Positions 31,030-40,181 of a stretch of DNA of 64,000 nt are shown here, in pieces (positions within the stretch are counted from its first letter, which is position 1; every line of letters begins with the position of its first letter). This stretch comes from Candidatus Woesearchaeota archaeon. GTDB taxonomy: Archaea > Nanobdellota > Nanobdellia > Pacearchaeales > GW2011-AR1. The notes under the pieces were generated by a model. It made no database searches. It worked only from the letters and a program-made list of their open reading frames with translations, and was not told the DNA's origin. The stretch spans positions 2,568-66,567 of the forward strand of contig CAYLLR010000001.1 in the NCBI GenBank assembly GCA_964384965.1. Direction: 5' to 3'. The position numbers and the translations under genes are program-made.

Positions 31030-32856
31030 TTGGAATGTATGGAAAGTGCTTCAAAATCAATGTTTGGGATTTTAATTTTTTTAACTATTCTTCTTAGCGT
31101 TAGTTTTGTTAGCGCGACTATTGATACGGTTATTATAAATTACAACAGTGATAACATAAACTACAATTATTCAGTTATAGGAAGGAGTTATGACCTTTAT
31201 GTTTCTGGAACAAATCTAACGCAGATAAATGATTCTGAGTTAGAATTTGTAAGGAAATTGGGAGAAAATACATTTCAATATAAATTTACTCCAGGAAATA
31301 TTGCCGGACTAAGGACTTTCGGAACAGGGGAAAATCAATTTAATCTAAGTGTTTTAAGCGAGGCAGACGAACTTTCAAATTCTATTGGGAGTGTCATAAT
31401 AAATATAACCGATGATTCTTCGTCCATTAATGTAAATGATTTTAGTTTGGAAAATAAAATAGTAAGAATGCTTAATGTTAGTGATGTTGCAGATTTGAAT
31501 ATAGATTATCTATTGGATTTGAATCTTTTGTTAAATGGATTGACTTTTGATTTAAATTTTAATAAAGGTTCTGCATATCCACAATATAATAGTGTAAATA
31601 TAAATAGTTCTCCTGCTATAACCGTTATTGAAAACTTAATTAGATTTAATAATTTACCTTCTTATATGACTGTTGATGAGATTAACACTGGTCACTTTGA
31701 ATATTTAAATGAGCTTATTGATGCATATGGTGCAAATATAACTTACCCTTCAAATTCTCGTGTGGTTAAAGAGGGAAACAATTTTGAATTTTTTTCGGAT
31801 GATGGATATTCCACTTTGAATAGAAATGATTTAGAAAATGCTCAAGAGATTATTAATGAGAAAATCAAGTATATTAATCCAGATGAGGTCATTAATGAGC
31901 TTCTTCCATTAGGAAATTTCTCAGAATTCAAAAAATTTGTTGATTTTAATGTTTCTGTTGATTTTGGTAATTTGGAAATTTTAGAAAGTGGAACGTATAA
32001 TCTAACTCTTATCTATACAGATAAGTATGGTAATAACGGGACGATGCCTTTCATTGTGAATTTGAATGTTACGAATGTAGGTTATGAGGAAAGCGTTGAT
32101 TCTAATGGGACGGTAACTTTTACGAGTCCGGTAGTGAACCAGACTTTGGAGAGAATTGAAAATCTCCCCCAAAACATAACAATAACTCCAATTTTGTATG
32201 GGGTAAATAAGCCCTCTGGTTTTGCAGGTCTTCCACAGAATGTTCATTCTTTAAATTTTATGCAAATAAATTCCAGTAATGATAGCAAAACAAATAATGG
32301 TTCATATTCTTTATATTTTAGGATATTGACCTCTTCAATCGATTCAAATTACAAAGATAATGTTAGTTTGTATATTCAAGAAGGAAATAGCTGGATTAAG
32401 TTGCCCACAATATTGATTAATGAAACTTCTGAATATTATATGTATAATTCCACAATCCCCCATTTTAGTAATTACCTTATAGGATATTACCAAGAAAGTG
32501 TTTCTTCAGGAGGGGGATCTTCTTCAGGAGGTTCTTCAGGAGGGGGATCTTCTTCTGTGGGAAGTTCTAGAACTACAAAGCCAATTTCTTTAATTTCAGA
32601 ACCCACCTCTCCTAAAAGCCCAGCTTTTCCTTCGGAGCCTCTCAATTTAAGCAATCCTTCAGATAACCCTTCAGGATTATTTGGAATAACTGGTGCTGCT
32701 ATTGGAGCTCTCTCTTCTCCGGGAGGGATAGGGATAATCCTTTTTGTTTTGATTCTTCTTGCCCTATTAATTATTTTGAGAATAAAGAGAAGGGAAAATA
32801 AAAAGAAATCTTCTAAAAAATTAAATTCTGGTGGTGATGGAATTGGTGAAAAATGA
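31030..32856 (+). CDS. Large sequon-rich surface protein with signal peptide, Gly/Ser linker, Pro-rich segment and C-terminal TM anchor.
   Basis: Hydrophobic N-terminus. (S/G) repeats, PTSPKSPAFPSEP, GIGIILFVLILLALLIILRIKRRENKKK. Confidence 0.55.
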   Translation: MECMESASKSMFGILIFLTILLSVSFVSATIDTVIINYNSDNINYNYSVIGRSYDLYVSGTNLTQINDSELEFVRKLGENTFQYKFTPGNIAGLRTFGTGENQFNLSVLSEADELSNSIGSVIINITDDSSSINVNDFSLENKIVRMLNVSDVADLNIDYLLDLNLLLNGLTFDLNFNKGSAYPQYNSVNINSSPAITVIENLIRFNNLPSYMTVDEINTGHFEYLNELIDAYGANITYPSNSRVVKEGNNFEFFSDDGYSTLNRNDLENAQEIINEKIKYINPDEVINELLPLGNFSEFKKFVDFNVSVDFGNLEILESGTYNLTLIYTDKYGNNGTMPFIVNLNVTNVGYEESVDSNGTVTFTSPVVNQTLERIENLPQNITITPILYGVNKPSGFAGLPQNVHSLNFMQINSSNDSKTNNGSYSLYFRILTSSIDSNYKDNVSLYIQEGNSWIKLPTILINETSEYYMYNSTIPHFSNYLIGYYQESVSSGGGSSSGGSSGGGSSSVGSSRTTKPISLISEPTSPKSPAFPSEPLNLSNPSDNPSGLFGITGAAIGALSSPGGIGIILFVLILLALLIILRIKRRENKKKSSKKLNSGGDGIGEK

Positions 32857-34361
32857 AATTTTTAATAGCTTGTTTAATGTTCTTTTTTGTAGTCTTTCCC
32901 CTTGTAAGTGCTAACGTTCAGTTTGTTCCCTTGCCTTATAAGGAGACTTTGAGTCCTTCGAGAATCTCTGGAACGACGAATATTAATTTTGAAATTAAAG
33001 ACTCCAGTGGAAATCCCATACAAAACGCATTAATAACAATTCAGGGAATTTCAAATCAGGGATTTAGTCAAAATTTATTCACGGATGAAAATGGGAAAGC
33101 GTCGACTTCGTTGGCTAGTAACGAAATTTTTGTGTATACCATCTATAAATTCACTTATGAACTTTTGACAAATGGATTTTTTACTAATTCTAACAAAAAT
33201 ATTCAATTAACTCTCAATAAAATTCCAGATAACAAGTGGTACTTTTATTACGAAAATAATGGGGAGATTGAAGTTCAATTAAAAAGCTTGGATAATGACA
33301 CAATTTATGTTCCTGGAGAATACATAAATCAAGTTTTACAAATAAAGAATGTTTTAGGGAGAAATTTTGATTTAGTTAAAGATAAAACTTTGGCCGTGAC
33401 TGTGGATAGCAAAACTCTAAACAAAATTAATTGGTGGGGAAGCATTTTACCTTATGATTCTTTGTTACAATTAACATTAAAACCGAACGGGTGGGTAAAA
33501 GCGACTATAAAAGGAGATATTTTTGAAGTTTGTGTTGGTAATGCTATTGGGAAATATCAGGATAAGTCTTTTGATGTTTCAGGTGCTGAGTTTATATGTG
33601 AACAAGAAAATAATGCTAAGAATCCTCCTAATTTGGTTCCGGATTGGATATTAAATAACACGTATAAGCTTGACATAAGTATAGCCTATAGTTTGGATAA
33701 TCAAGAAAAAAACTTCAAATTATTAACCCAAGATTTTTTTATAAAAAACGGAGAATGGAAACCCAAAATTAATTCGGTTCCAGAAACAAATTTGAATATT
33801 AACGAAAATTGGATTTATGATATAACTCCTAAATATAAAACAAATTTTATTTCATATACTCTTTTGGAATCTCCGTCGGGAATGACAATTGATTCAGTTG
33901 CAGGTATCGTAAAATGGAAACCGACAAAATCCGGAAGATATAACGTTACGTTGAGGGGGTCTCACTTTTATTTTGCTAACGATTCAAGAATGGCTTATAG
34001 AGATCAAAGTTTTGTTTTAAATGTAAAAAATCCTAATGCAAATTTGTATGCAGATAGATTATATCTTTTTAACAAAAATGTAAAAGTTGGAGATTTTGTT
34101 AGGGCTAAATTTATAGTTCACAATAACGATGACAAAACCAATTCATTTTCTTACAAAATTGAAAAGGGAGATGGTAATTCAATTGAGTATAATTTGGCTA
34201 ATCTTTCTCCAGGAAGTGATAGAACCATTTATACTTCGTGGAGTTATGGAAAGGAGGGATTATTTACTCCTAAACTAATTATAGATCCACAAAACAAAGT
34301 TTATGAGAAAGATGAAAATGATAATATAAAAAATTTTGAGGGGGTCAATGTAACAAATTAA
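32853..34361 (+). CDS. Secreted protein with a C-terminal CARDB-like domain.
   Basis: Signal MKFLIACLMFFFVVFPLVSA. C-terminal ..LSPGSDRTIYTSWSYGKEGLFTPKLIIDPQNKVYEKDENDN matches the CARDB pattern. Overlaps the previous ORF by 4 nt. Confidence 0.55.
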   Translation: MKFLIACLMFFFVVFPLVSANVQFVPLPYKETLSPSRISGTTNINFEIKDSSGNPIQNALITIQGISNQGFSQNLFTDENGKASTSLASNEIFVYTIYKFTYELLTNGFFTNSNKNIQLTLNKIPDNKWYFYYENNGEIEVQLKSLDNDTIYVPGEYINQVLQIKNVLGRNFDLVKDKTLAVTVDSKTLNKINWWGSILPYDSLLQLTLKPNGWVKATIKGDIFEVCVGNAIGKYQDKSFDVSGAEFICEQENNAKNPPNLVPDWILNNTYKLDISIAYSLDNQEKNFKLLTQDFFIKNGEWKPKINSVPETNLNINENWIYDITPKYKTNFISYTLLESPSGMTIDSVAGIVKWKPTKSGRYNVTLRGSHFYFANDSRMAYRDQSFVLNVKNPNANLYADRLYLFNKNVKVGDFVRAKFIVHNNDDKTNSFSYKIEKGDGNSIEYNLANLSPGSDRTIYTSWSYGKEGLFTPKLIIDPQNKVYEKDENDNIKNFEGVNVTN

Positions 34362-34362
34362 G

Positions 34363-35067
34363 ATGAAAATTAAAAATCTTTTAGCAACAACTTTGGTCGG
34401 TTTTTCTTTGTTGTCTCTTCCAAAATTGAATGCGCAAACATATGATTCTTTAAAAACCGTCGAAGTTGCGAAAAATTTAGAAAATCATGGCTTCAATTTA
34501 AAGGGGTATCTCTTGAATAAGCCATTTCAGTTTCAGGTAGATTATGGAGGAAATTCAAGAATAATTAACGGTCCCCTTGTTGCAGAAAAAGACGAAAATG
34601 ACAATTTAATGATTTATCCAATTTTTGTTGCTTTTAATAAAAATAATTCTGAAACAAGAATGGATAAAGATTTTATCGATAATTATGGGGGATTAGGGTT
34701 TATATTAGATGATAATAATGTGCCTCCTTCAGTTTATGCAGATTCAATAAGGAAACTTTTAAAGGGAAATATAACGGGAGTAAAAATTAAAGTCAGAAAT
34801 AGGTTGGAATCAAAGCTGGAAGGAATCTACCCAAATCCAAGTAATGGGTCTGTAAATGTAAAATATTTCTTAAAAAAGTTTGAAAATGTGAGTTTTGATG
34901 TTTATGATATCCTGGGAAGAAAAGTTTATTCATTTGAAGGAAAAGAAGGTGAGAGAATTAAAAGAATTAATACGGGGGATTTATCCTCGGGAATTTATTT
35001 TTTGAGAATGAATTATAAAAATGAAAGGAAATTGGGAGAGATTAGAAAGTTCATAATTTTAAAATAG
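34363..35067 (+). CDS. Secreted protein with a bacterial T9SS-type C-terminal sorting domain (Por secretion tail).
   Basis: N-terminal SLLSLPKLNAQ. C-terminal YPNPSNGSVNVKYF..VYDILGRKVYSF..SSGIYFLRMNYKNERKLGEIRKFIILK matches all conserved blocks of the Por_Secre_tail consensus. Confidence 0.6.
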   Translation: MKIKNLLATTLVGFSLLSLPKLNAQTYDSLKTVEVAKNLENHGFNLKGYLLNKPFQFQVDYGGNSRIINGPLVAEKDENDNLMIYPIFVAFNKNNSETRMDKDFIDNYGGLGFILDDNNVPPSVYADSIRKLLKGNITGVKIKVRNRLESKLEGIYPNPSNGSVNVKYFLKKFENVSFDVYDILGRKVYSFEGKEGERIKRINTGDLSSGIYFLRMNYKNERKLGEIRKFIILK

Positions 35068-35098
35068 ATTCTATATCTTAAATTTATATAATATAAAA

Positions 35099-36184
35099 AT
35101 GTTAAAAAATAAATCTAAAAATATGAATAAAATTAAAAATAATTTATTTTATCTTTTGCCTTTTTTATTTTTATTCAATTTGCAAAGTACAAGGGCACAA
35201 TTTAAAATTGAATCAAACTCAAAAAATTTTGACTTAAAAAGTAAATATTTTGAGGTTGCTGCGAGAGATACTTTTGGATTAAAAGATATGGTGAATATAA
35301 AGGGAATTGTAAAACTAAAGTATGACAATAATTCTCTTTATTTCAAAAGAAATGGACTTCTTAATCATTCTTATGGGGGAAACATCGATTTAAATGTGAT
35401 TGAGTTTTATTATAACCAATCGAAACAAAATATAAAAACTGAAAAATTTACAACTCAAGATTCTCCCTTGGGAAAAATAATAACAAATACTTCAATACTT
35501 AATAAGGACAGAATGAAAGAAATGGGGGTCGCTTTAAATTATAAAGATTTTTTCATTAGTTTTGAAAATGCGAAAAAAAACAATGAGGTTGATGGACAAA
35601 CTTTAATAAAAGTTAACGAAGAAAAAGCTTTAACTTTTTTTAATTTCAATTTCAATAACGAGACATCTATTTTTGGTGCAGGATTTAAATATGGATTTTT
35701 TAAGTTTATACAAAATAAGAAAGATGGAGATAAATTTAAAGATTATTTTGCTAAACTCAATTACAAAGGAATAAATCTCTATTATGCAAAGGATTTTGCA
35801 GGTTTTTTTAGTTTTAATCTTTTTGATAAGATTAACTTTGATATTAGTTATGATAAAAAAATAAAAATAAATTTGGCAACTTCTGATTATTCAAAACTCA
35901 ATAAACGAAAATTTGAAAGAAATTTGGAAAATAGGTTAAGGATTGTTCCAAGAATTTATGATTCAAATTTAGAAACTTCAAAAAATTATTTGGAAGATAT
36001 GTTTTTCACAGATTTGTATAGTTTTTCCCTCAATAAAGATGAAATAAATGCAAATCTTAATTTTAAAAATATATTATTTCATTATTCTAAAGATAGTTGG
36101 AAAATTGGTTTAAGGTATAAATTTTTAATTACAACATACGATTTTTATAAAAAAGAGGCAAAATTAGGATTGTTTTTTGACTGA
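35099..36184 (+). CDS. Secreted protein of unknown function, possibly a beta-rich outer-membrane-like protein.
   Basis: Signal peptide ending STRAQ, N/K/F/Y-rich alternating pattern, 361 aa. Confidence 0.4.
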   Translation: MLKNKSKNMNKIKNNLFYLLPFLFLFNLQSTRAQFKIESNSKNFDLKSKYFEVAARDTFGLKDMVNIKGIVKLKYDNNSLYFKRNGLLNHSYGGNIDLNVIEFYYNQSKQNIKTEKFTTQDSPLGKIITNTSILNKDRMKEMGVALNYKDFFISFENAKKNNEVDGQTLIKVNEEKALTFFNFNFNNETSIFGAGFKYGFFKFIQNKKDGDKFKDYFAKLNYKGINLYYAKDFAGFFSFNLFDKINFDISYDKKIKINLATSDYSKLNKRKFERNLENRLRIVPRIYDSNLETSKNYLEDMFFTDLYSFSLNKDEINANLNFKNILFHYSKDSWKIGLRYKFLITTYDFYKKEAKLGLFFD

Positions 36185-36226
36185 ACTATCCAATAAATTT
36201 ATAACCCCCTTCCTCTTATTTTTTTT

Positions 36227-37027
36227 ATGAAGGTGATAAAATCTTCCGGAGAATTGGAGAGGTTTGCTTCCAAAAAAATTTATTATACGATTCGGGATGC
36301 CGGAGGATCAAAAAGATTGGCTAAAGATGCGATTAAATTGATTAAAAAAAAATATAGTTCTGAGGTTTCTACGAAGGAAATTTTATTGACGCTTTTAGAT
36401 TTTTTGAAAAGGGAAAAGGGAGTTTCTGAAAAATATGATTTAAAGAGAGCAATTATGTCTCTTGGACCCAGCGGCTTTCCGTTTGAGAGCTTTTTTGCGA
36501 GAATCTTAGATTATTATGGATACAAAACGAGTGTGGGCAATAAACTCAAAGGAAAAATAATTTATCATGAGGTAGACATTGTAGCTATAAAGGATGGTGA
36601 AAAGTTTATGATTGAGGCAAAATATCATAATGAAAAAGGGACAATTACAAGGCTAAAACCTGCAATGTATACCTATGCTCGCTTTCTCGATTTAAAAAGA
36701 CAAAAATTTAATGCTCCTTGGCTTGTGACAAATACAAGGTGTTCTCAAGATGCAATAAATTATGCGAAAGGTGTTGGACTTAAAATGACTGCTTGGAAAT
36801 ATCCAAAAAAAGGTAATTTACAGGAGTTAATTATGGAAAAAAATTTGTACCCTATTACAATTTTAAAAAGTTTGCCCTTGGAGGGAATAGAAAAATTATA
36901 TGATTTGAAAATTCTTGTTGCAAAAGACCTCTTGAAATTTTCTCCCAAGGAGATTTCTAAAAAAATAAAAATTGATGAACAAACTGCTACTAAGATTTTA
37001 GAAGAAGCGGAGGCAGTTTCTTTTTAG
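36227..37027 (+). CDS. ATP-cone domain fused to a PD-(D/E)xK (Mrr-like) nuclease domain, with a C-terminal HhH motif.
   Basis: MKVIKSSGELERFASKKIYYTIRDAG (ATP-cone). HEVDIVAIKDGEKFMIEAKYH (D...E.K). Helix-hairpin-helix-like segment near the C-terminus. Confidence 0.6.
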   Translation: MKVIKSSGELERFASKKIYYTIRDAGGSKRLAKDAIKLIKKKYSSEVSTKEILLTLLDFLKREKGVSEKYDLKRAIMSLGPSGFPFESFFARILDYYGYKTSVGNKLKGKIIYHEVDIVAIKDGEKFMIEAKYHNEKGTITRLKPAMYTYARFLDLKRQKFNAPWLVTNTRCSQDAINYAKGVGLKMTAWKYPKKGNLQELIMEKNLYPITILKSLPLEGIEKLYDLKILVAKDLLKFSPKEISKKIKIDEQTATKILEEAEAVSF

Positions 37028-37087
37028 AAATTGAATTTGATAAAAAATTAATTTCTTCCGTTTTAAATTATTTTAAAATGATTATTT

Positions 37088-37564
37088 CTATTTGGTTTTG
37101 AGAACAACTATATTATTCATTCCTCTTCTTTTTCTAATTATGAATTGTTTTGCCTCAAGTTTGTCTAATAAGCGAGTCATTTTTACTTTTCCAATCCCTA
37201 ATTTTTCCATGAGGTTTTTTTGAAATGCAGCATTTCCCTCACTTTGAATCAACTGGATTGTTTTTCTTTCATCTTCGTCTAACTTTGAAAGGTTTAACTT
37301 CTTCGGTCTTTCTTTTACTTTTTTTATCACTATTTTCTCGTCTGGTTTTGAAAACATTATATAAAGACCGATTGTGGCAACAACAACAACAATTGCAAGC
37401 CCAAGAAATAATTGTGCATTTGAGGTTTTATACATCACGCAATCAATTCCGTGAGTACAGGTTTCCGAGATTATTTTTTCTAACGAGTAATTAAAACCCC
37501 AAACTACAAGTGCAATCGCGGCCGCAATTCCAAGGGTTAGTCCCCCCACTTTCTTATTTTCCAT
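37088..37564 (-). CDS. Membrane-anchored winged-helix transcriptional regulator (two N-terminal TMs plus C-terminal wHTH).
   Basis: Two hydrophobic helices flanking CTHGIDC. C-terminal ..EKLGIGKVKMTRLLDKLEAKQFIIRKRRG. Confidence 0.45.
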   Translation of the reverse strand: MENKKVGGLTLGIAAAIALVVWGFNYSLEKIISETCTHGIDCVMYKTSNAQLFLGLAIVVVVATIGLYIMFSKPDEKIVIKKVKERPKKLNLSKLDEDERKTIQLIQSEGNAAFQKNLMEKLGIGKVKMTRLLDKLEAKQFIIRKRRGMNNIVVLKTK

Positions 37565-37591
37565 GTCTTTTGTTATTCTTTTTAGTTTTTA

Positions 37592-38332
37592 TTACTTGCG
37601 GATTTTGAAATATCCCTTTTTTTCCAATTTTGTCGCGAGATTTCTGTCTCCCTCGAGAATAATTTTCCCCTTATCCATAATATAAACCTTCTCCGGTTTT
37701 AAGTATTCCAGAATTCTTTTATAATGTGTTATAATGAGAATTGATTTCTTTTTATTTAGTGTTTTTTTTATTGCTTTTGCGATTATTTTTAATGAATCAA
37801 TGTCCAGTCCAGAATCTACTTCATCAAGAAGTATTAATTTTGGATTTAAAATACTCATTTGGAGGATTTCATTTTTCTTTTTTTCTCCTCCTGAAAACCC
37901 CTCATTAAGATTTCTTTCAATAGTTTCATTTGAAATTTTTAGTGTTTTTATTTTCTCTTTTAAATCGTTTTTAAATTTTGAAATTGAAAAATCTTTTTTT
38001 AACTCTTTGGAGGATGCTTTAAGAAATTTTCTTGTAGAAATTCCCGAAATTTCTTGGGGGTTTTGGAATGATAAAAATATCCCCTTTTTTGCTCTTTTAT
38101 CTGGTGAGAGTTTTGAAATGTCTTTTCCCTCAAATTCTATTTTCCCTTTGGTTATCTTGTATTTTGGATGCCCCATTATTGTATTTACGAGGGTTGATTT
38201 TCCAGAACCATTTGGTCCCATTAGTGCATTTATTTTTCCAAAATTTAATTTTAAATTGACCCCTTTGAGAATTTCTTTTCCTTCCACCTCGATGTGAAGA
38301 TTTTTTATTTCAAGTATTTTTTTATTTGTCAT
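37592..38332 (-). CDS. sufC: Fe-S cluster assembly ATPase SufC.
   Basis: Walker A GPNGSGKST, ABC signature FSGGEKK, Walker B ILLDEVDSGLD. Confidence 0.9.
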   Translation of the reverse strand: MTNKKILEIKNLHIEVEGKEILKGVNLKLNFGKINALMGPNGSGKSTLVNTIMGHPKYKITKGKIEFEGKDISKLSPDKRAKKGIFLSFQNPQEISGISTRKFLKASSKELKKDFSISKFKNDLKEKIKTLKISNETIERNLNEGFSGGEKKKNEILQMSILNPKLILLDEVDSGLDIDSLKIIAKAIKKTLNKKKSILIITHYKRILEYLKPEKVYIMDKGKIILEGDRNLATKLEKKGYFKIRK

Positions 38333-38333
38333 T

Positions 38334-38708
38334 TTAGTTTAATGCCTGCTTTACGGCTTCTAATGCAAGAAGCTCACATTTTATTCTGGTTGGAATTATT
38401 TTAATTCCTAAAATTTTATCCATGTCTTTTTTGGTTAACTTTTTTGCGTCTTTTATTTTCATTCCTTTAAGATTTTCTGTTAATAGTGATGCTGAAACTG
38501 TTGAGATTACGCACCCGTGCCCTTCAAATTTTGCATCTTTAATCTTTCCGTTCTTTATTTCTAATTCTATTTTTATTTCATCTCTGCATCCAATATTCTT
38601 CAATTTTTTTGAATGGGTCGCATTTTTTAATTTTCCAAAATTTGGTTTCTCAGAATAAATTTCTAATAATTCATCTTGATACATTGATTTTGTTTTCATC
38701 ATTAACAA
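38334..38708 (-). CDS. Fe-S scaffold protein (IscU/SufU/NifU-like).
   Basis: GCRDEIKIELEI... and GHGCVISTVSASLL cysteine motifs. Confidence 0.75.
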   Translation of the reverse strand: MLMMKTKSMYQDELLEIYSEKPNFGKLKNATHSKKLKNIGCRDEIKIELEIKNGKIKDAKFEGHGCVISTVSASLLTENLKGMKIKDAKKLTKKDMDKILGIKIIPTRIKCELLALEAVKQALN

Positions 38709-40099
38709 ATAGAATTTTCTATTTCCAATTCTATTAATTTGTTTAATTCAACGGCATATTCTAAGGGCAATTCTTTTATTATGGGGTTTATAAAACCAGA
38801 TACAATCAATTTTGTGGCCTCTCTTTCCGGAATTCCTCGGGACATGAGATAAAATAGCTGTTCTTCACCTATCTTTCCTATTGTGGCTTCGTGGGAAGCT
38901 TCAACTTTGTTTTCATGGATTTCCATCGAGGGAGTTGTAATTGCTTTACTTTTGTTATCTAACATTAATCCGTCACATCTCACATTTGATTTTGAATTTT
39001 TAGCCCCTTTTTTAATTTTGACCAATCCCCTATAAGAACTCGTTCCTCCTCCCACACTAATTCCTTTTGAAATAATGCTTGAAGAAGTGTTTTCAGCAAG
39101 GTGGTAAACTTTACATCCTGTGTCTTGGTATTGGCCTTTTCCTGCATAAGCTATTCCCGTATAATCTGTTTTTGAATTTTTTCCTTTTAAAATACTACAC
39201 GGATAAAGCATAGTTGTATGACTTCCTAAATTTCCATTTACCCATTCCATTATTCCATTTTCATGAACGATTGCTCTTTTTGTGTTTAAATTATAGGTGT
39301 TTTTTGACCAATTTTCAATACTTGAATATTTGACTCTTGCTCCTTTTAGAACATATATTTCTACTCCTCCCGCATGAAGGGAATTTTCATCATATTGTGG
39401 TGCAGAACATCCTTCAATATAGTGTAATTCCGAGTTCTCGTCGGCAATTATAAGTGTGTGTTCAAACTGACCCCCTTTTTTTGAGTTCATCCGAAAGTAT
39501 GCTTGAAGAGGAATCTTTACTTTTACATTTTTTGGGACATAAATAAAAGTGCCTCCACTCCAAACTGCACAATGCAATGCTGAAAATTTATGAAGATTTG
39601 GGGAAATGCATTTTGTCATAAAATATTTTTTAAAAAGTTTTTCATGCTTTTTTAGTGCAGTGTCACAATCCACAAAAATAATGCCTTTTTTTTCTAAATC
39701 TTTTTTTAGTTTATGGTAAATTGTTTCACTTTCGTATTGTGCTCCGACTCCTCCGAGAGATTTTTTTTCTGCTTCAGGAATTCCCAATTTATCAAAAGTT
39801 TCTTTTATTTCTTTTGGAACATCTTCCCACGATTTTGAATTTTTGGCATTTGGTTTAAGGTAATAATGAATTTTATTTAAATCAAGTTCTTTTAAGTCGG
39901 GGCCCCAATCCGGAAAAGATTTTTTATTGAAGATTTTAAGAGCGTTTAACCTTTTTTTCAACATCCATTTGGGTTCATTTTTGTCTTTTGAAATTTGTCT
40001 AACCAATTTTTCACTCAAACCTTCTGGACTTTTGTATTTTAAATCTTCTTTATTTGCTTTAAGAGAGTATTCTTTTAACTTAATTTTTGGCATAAACAT
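38702..40099 (-). CDS. sufB: Fe-S cluster assembly protein SufB/SufD.
   Basis: 465 aa with a beta-helix core. Gene order is sufB-iscU-sufC on the minus strand. Confidence 0.85.
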   Translation of the reverse strand: MFMPKIKLKEYSLKANKEDLKYKSPEGLSEKLVRQISKDKNEPKWMLKKRLNALKIFNKKSFPDWGPDLKELDLNKIHYYLKPNAKNSKSWEDVPKEIKETFDKLGIPEAEKKSLGGVGAQYESETIYHKLKKDLEKKGIIFVDCDTALKKHEKLFKKYFMTKCISPNLHKFSALHCAVWSGGTFIYVPKNVKVKIPLQAYFRMNSKKGGQFEHTLIIADENSELHYIEGCSAPQYDENSLHAGGVEIYVLKGARVKYSSIENWSKNTYNLNTKRAIVHENGIMEWVNGNLGSHTTMLYPCSILKGKNSKTDYTGIAYAGKGQYQDTGCKVYHLAENTSSSIISKGISVGGGTSSYRGLVKIKKGAKNSKSNVRCDGLMLDNKSKAITTPSMEIHENKVEASHEATIGKIGEEQLFYLMSRGIPEREATKLIVSGFINPIIKELPLEYAVELNKLIELEIENSIC

Positions 40100-40122
40100 A
40101 TGAAATTTGGTTCATATTTAAA
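40080..40122. repeat. 43-bp perfect direct repeat, copy 1. It spans the sufB start codon and six codons.
   Basis: ttaatttttggcataaacatatgaaatttggttcatatttaaa is identical to 41537..41579. Confidence 0.85.
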
Positions 40123-40181
40123 GATTTGGGTTAGATTTAATTAATCGGAAACTTTAAATAAAATACCCTTCTATAAGAGGT

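Noticed and set aside
32503-32556. Short tandem DNA repeats (tcttcaggagggggatcttct x2), considered as a possible CRISPR-like array. The same question was asked of the lysine-repeat region at 8589..8705.
   Set aside because: Both lie inside ORFs and encode Gly/Ser linker and KKPAKRK peptide repeats. There are no regularly spaced unique spacers and no cas genes.
31030-36184. Possibility that the whole contig is bacterial (Bacteroidota), given the T9SS tail and AQ-type signal peptides.
   Set aside because: Flanking genes (L7Ae, S28e, L24e, S24e, S27ae, Rpo7, Spt4, Kae1, proteasome, Mre11/Rad50, aCPSF1, class-I CCA enzyme) are unambiguously archaeal, and base composition is uniform. Chimeric assembly cannot be excluded without reads.
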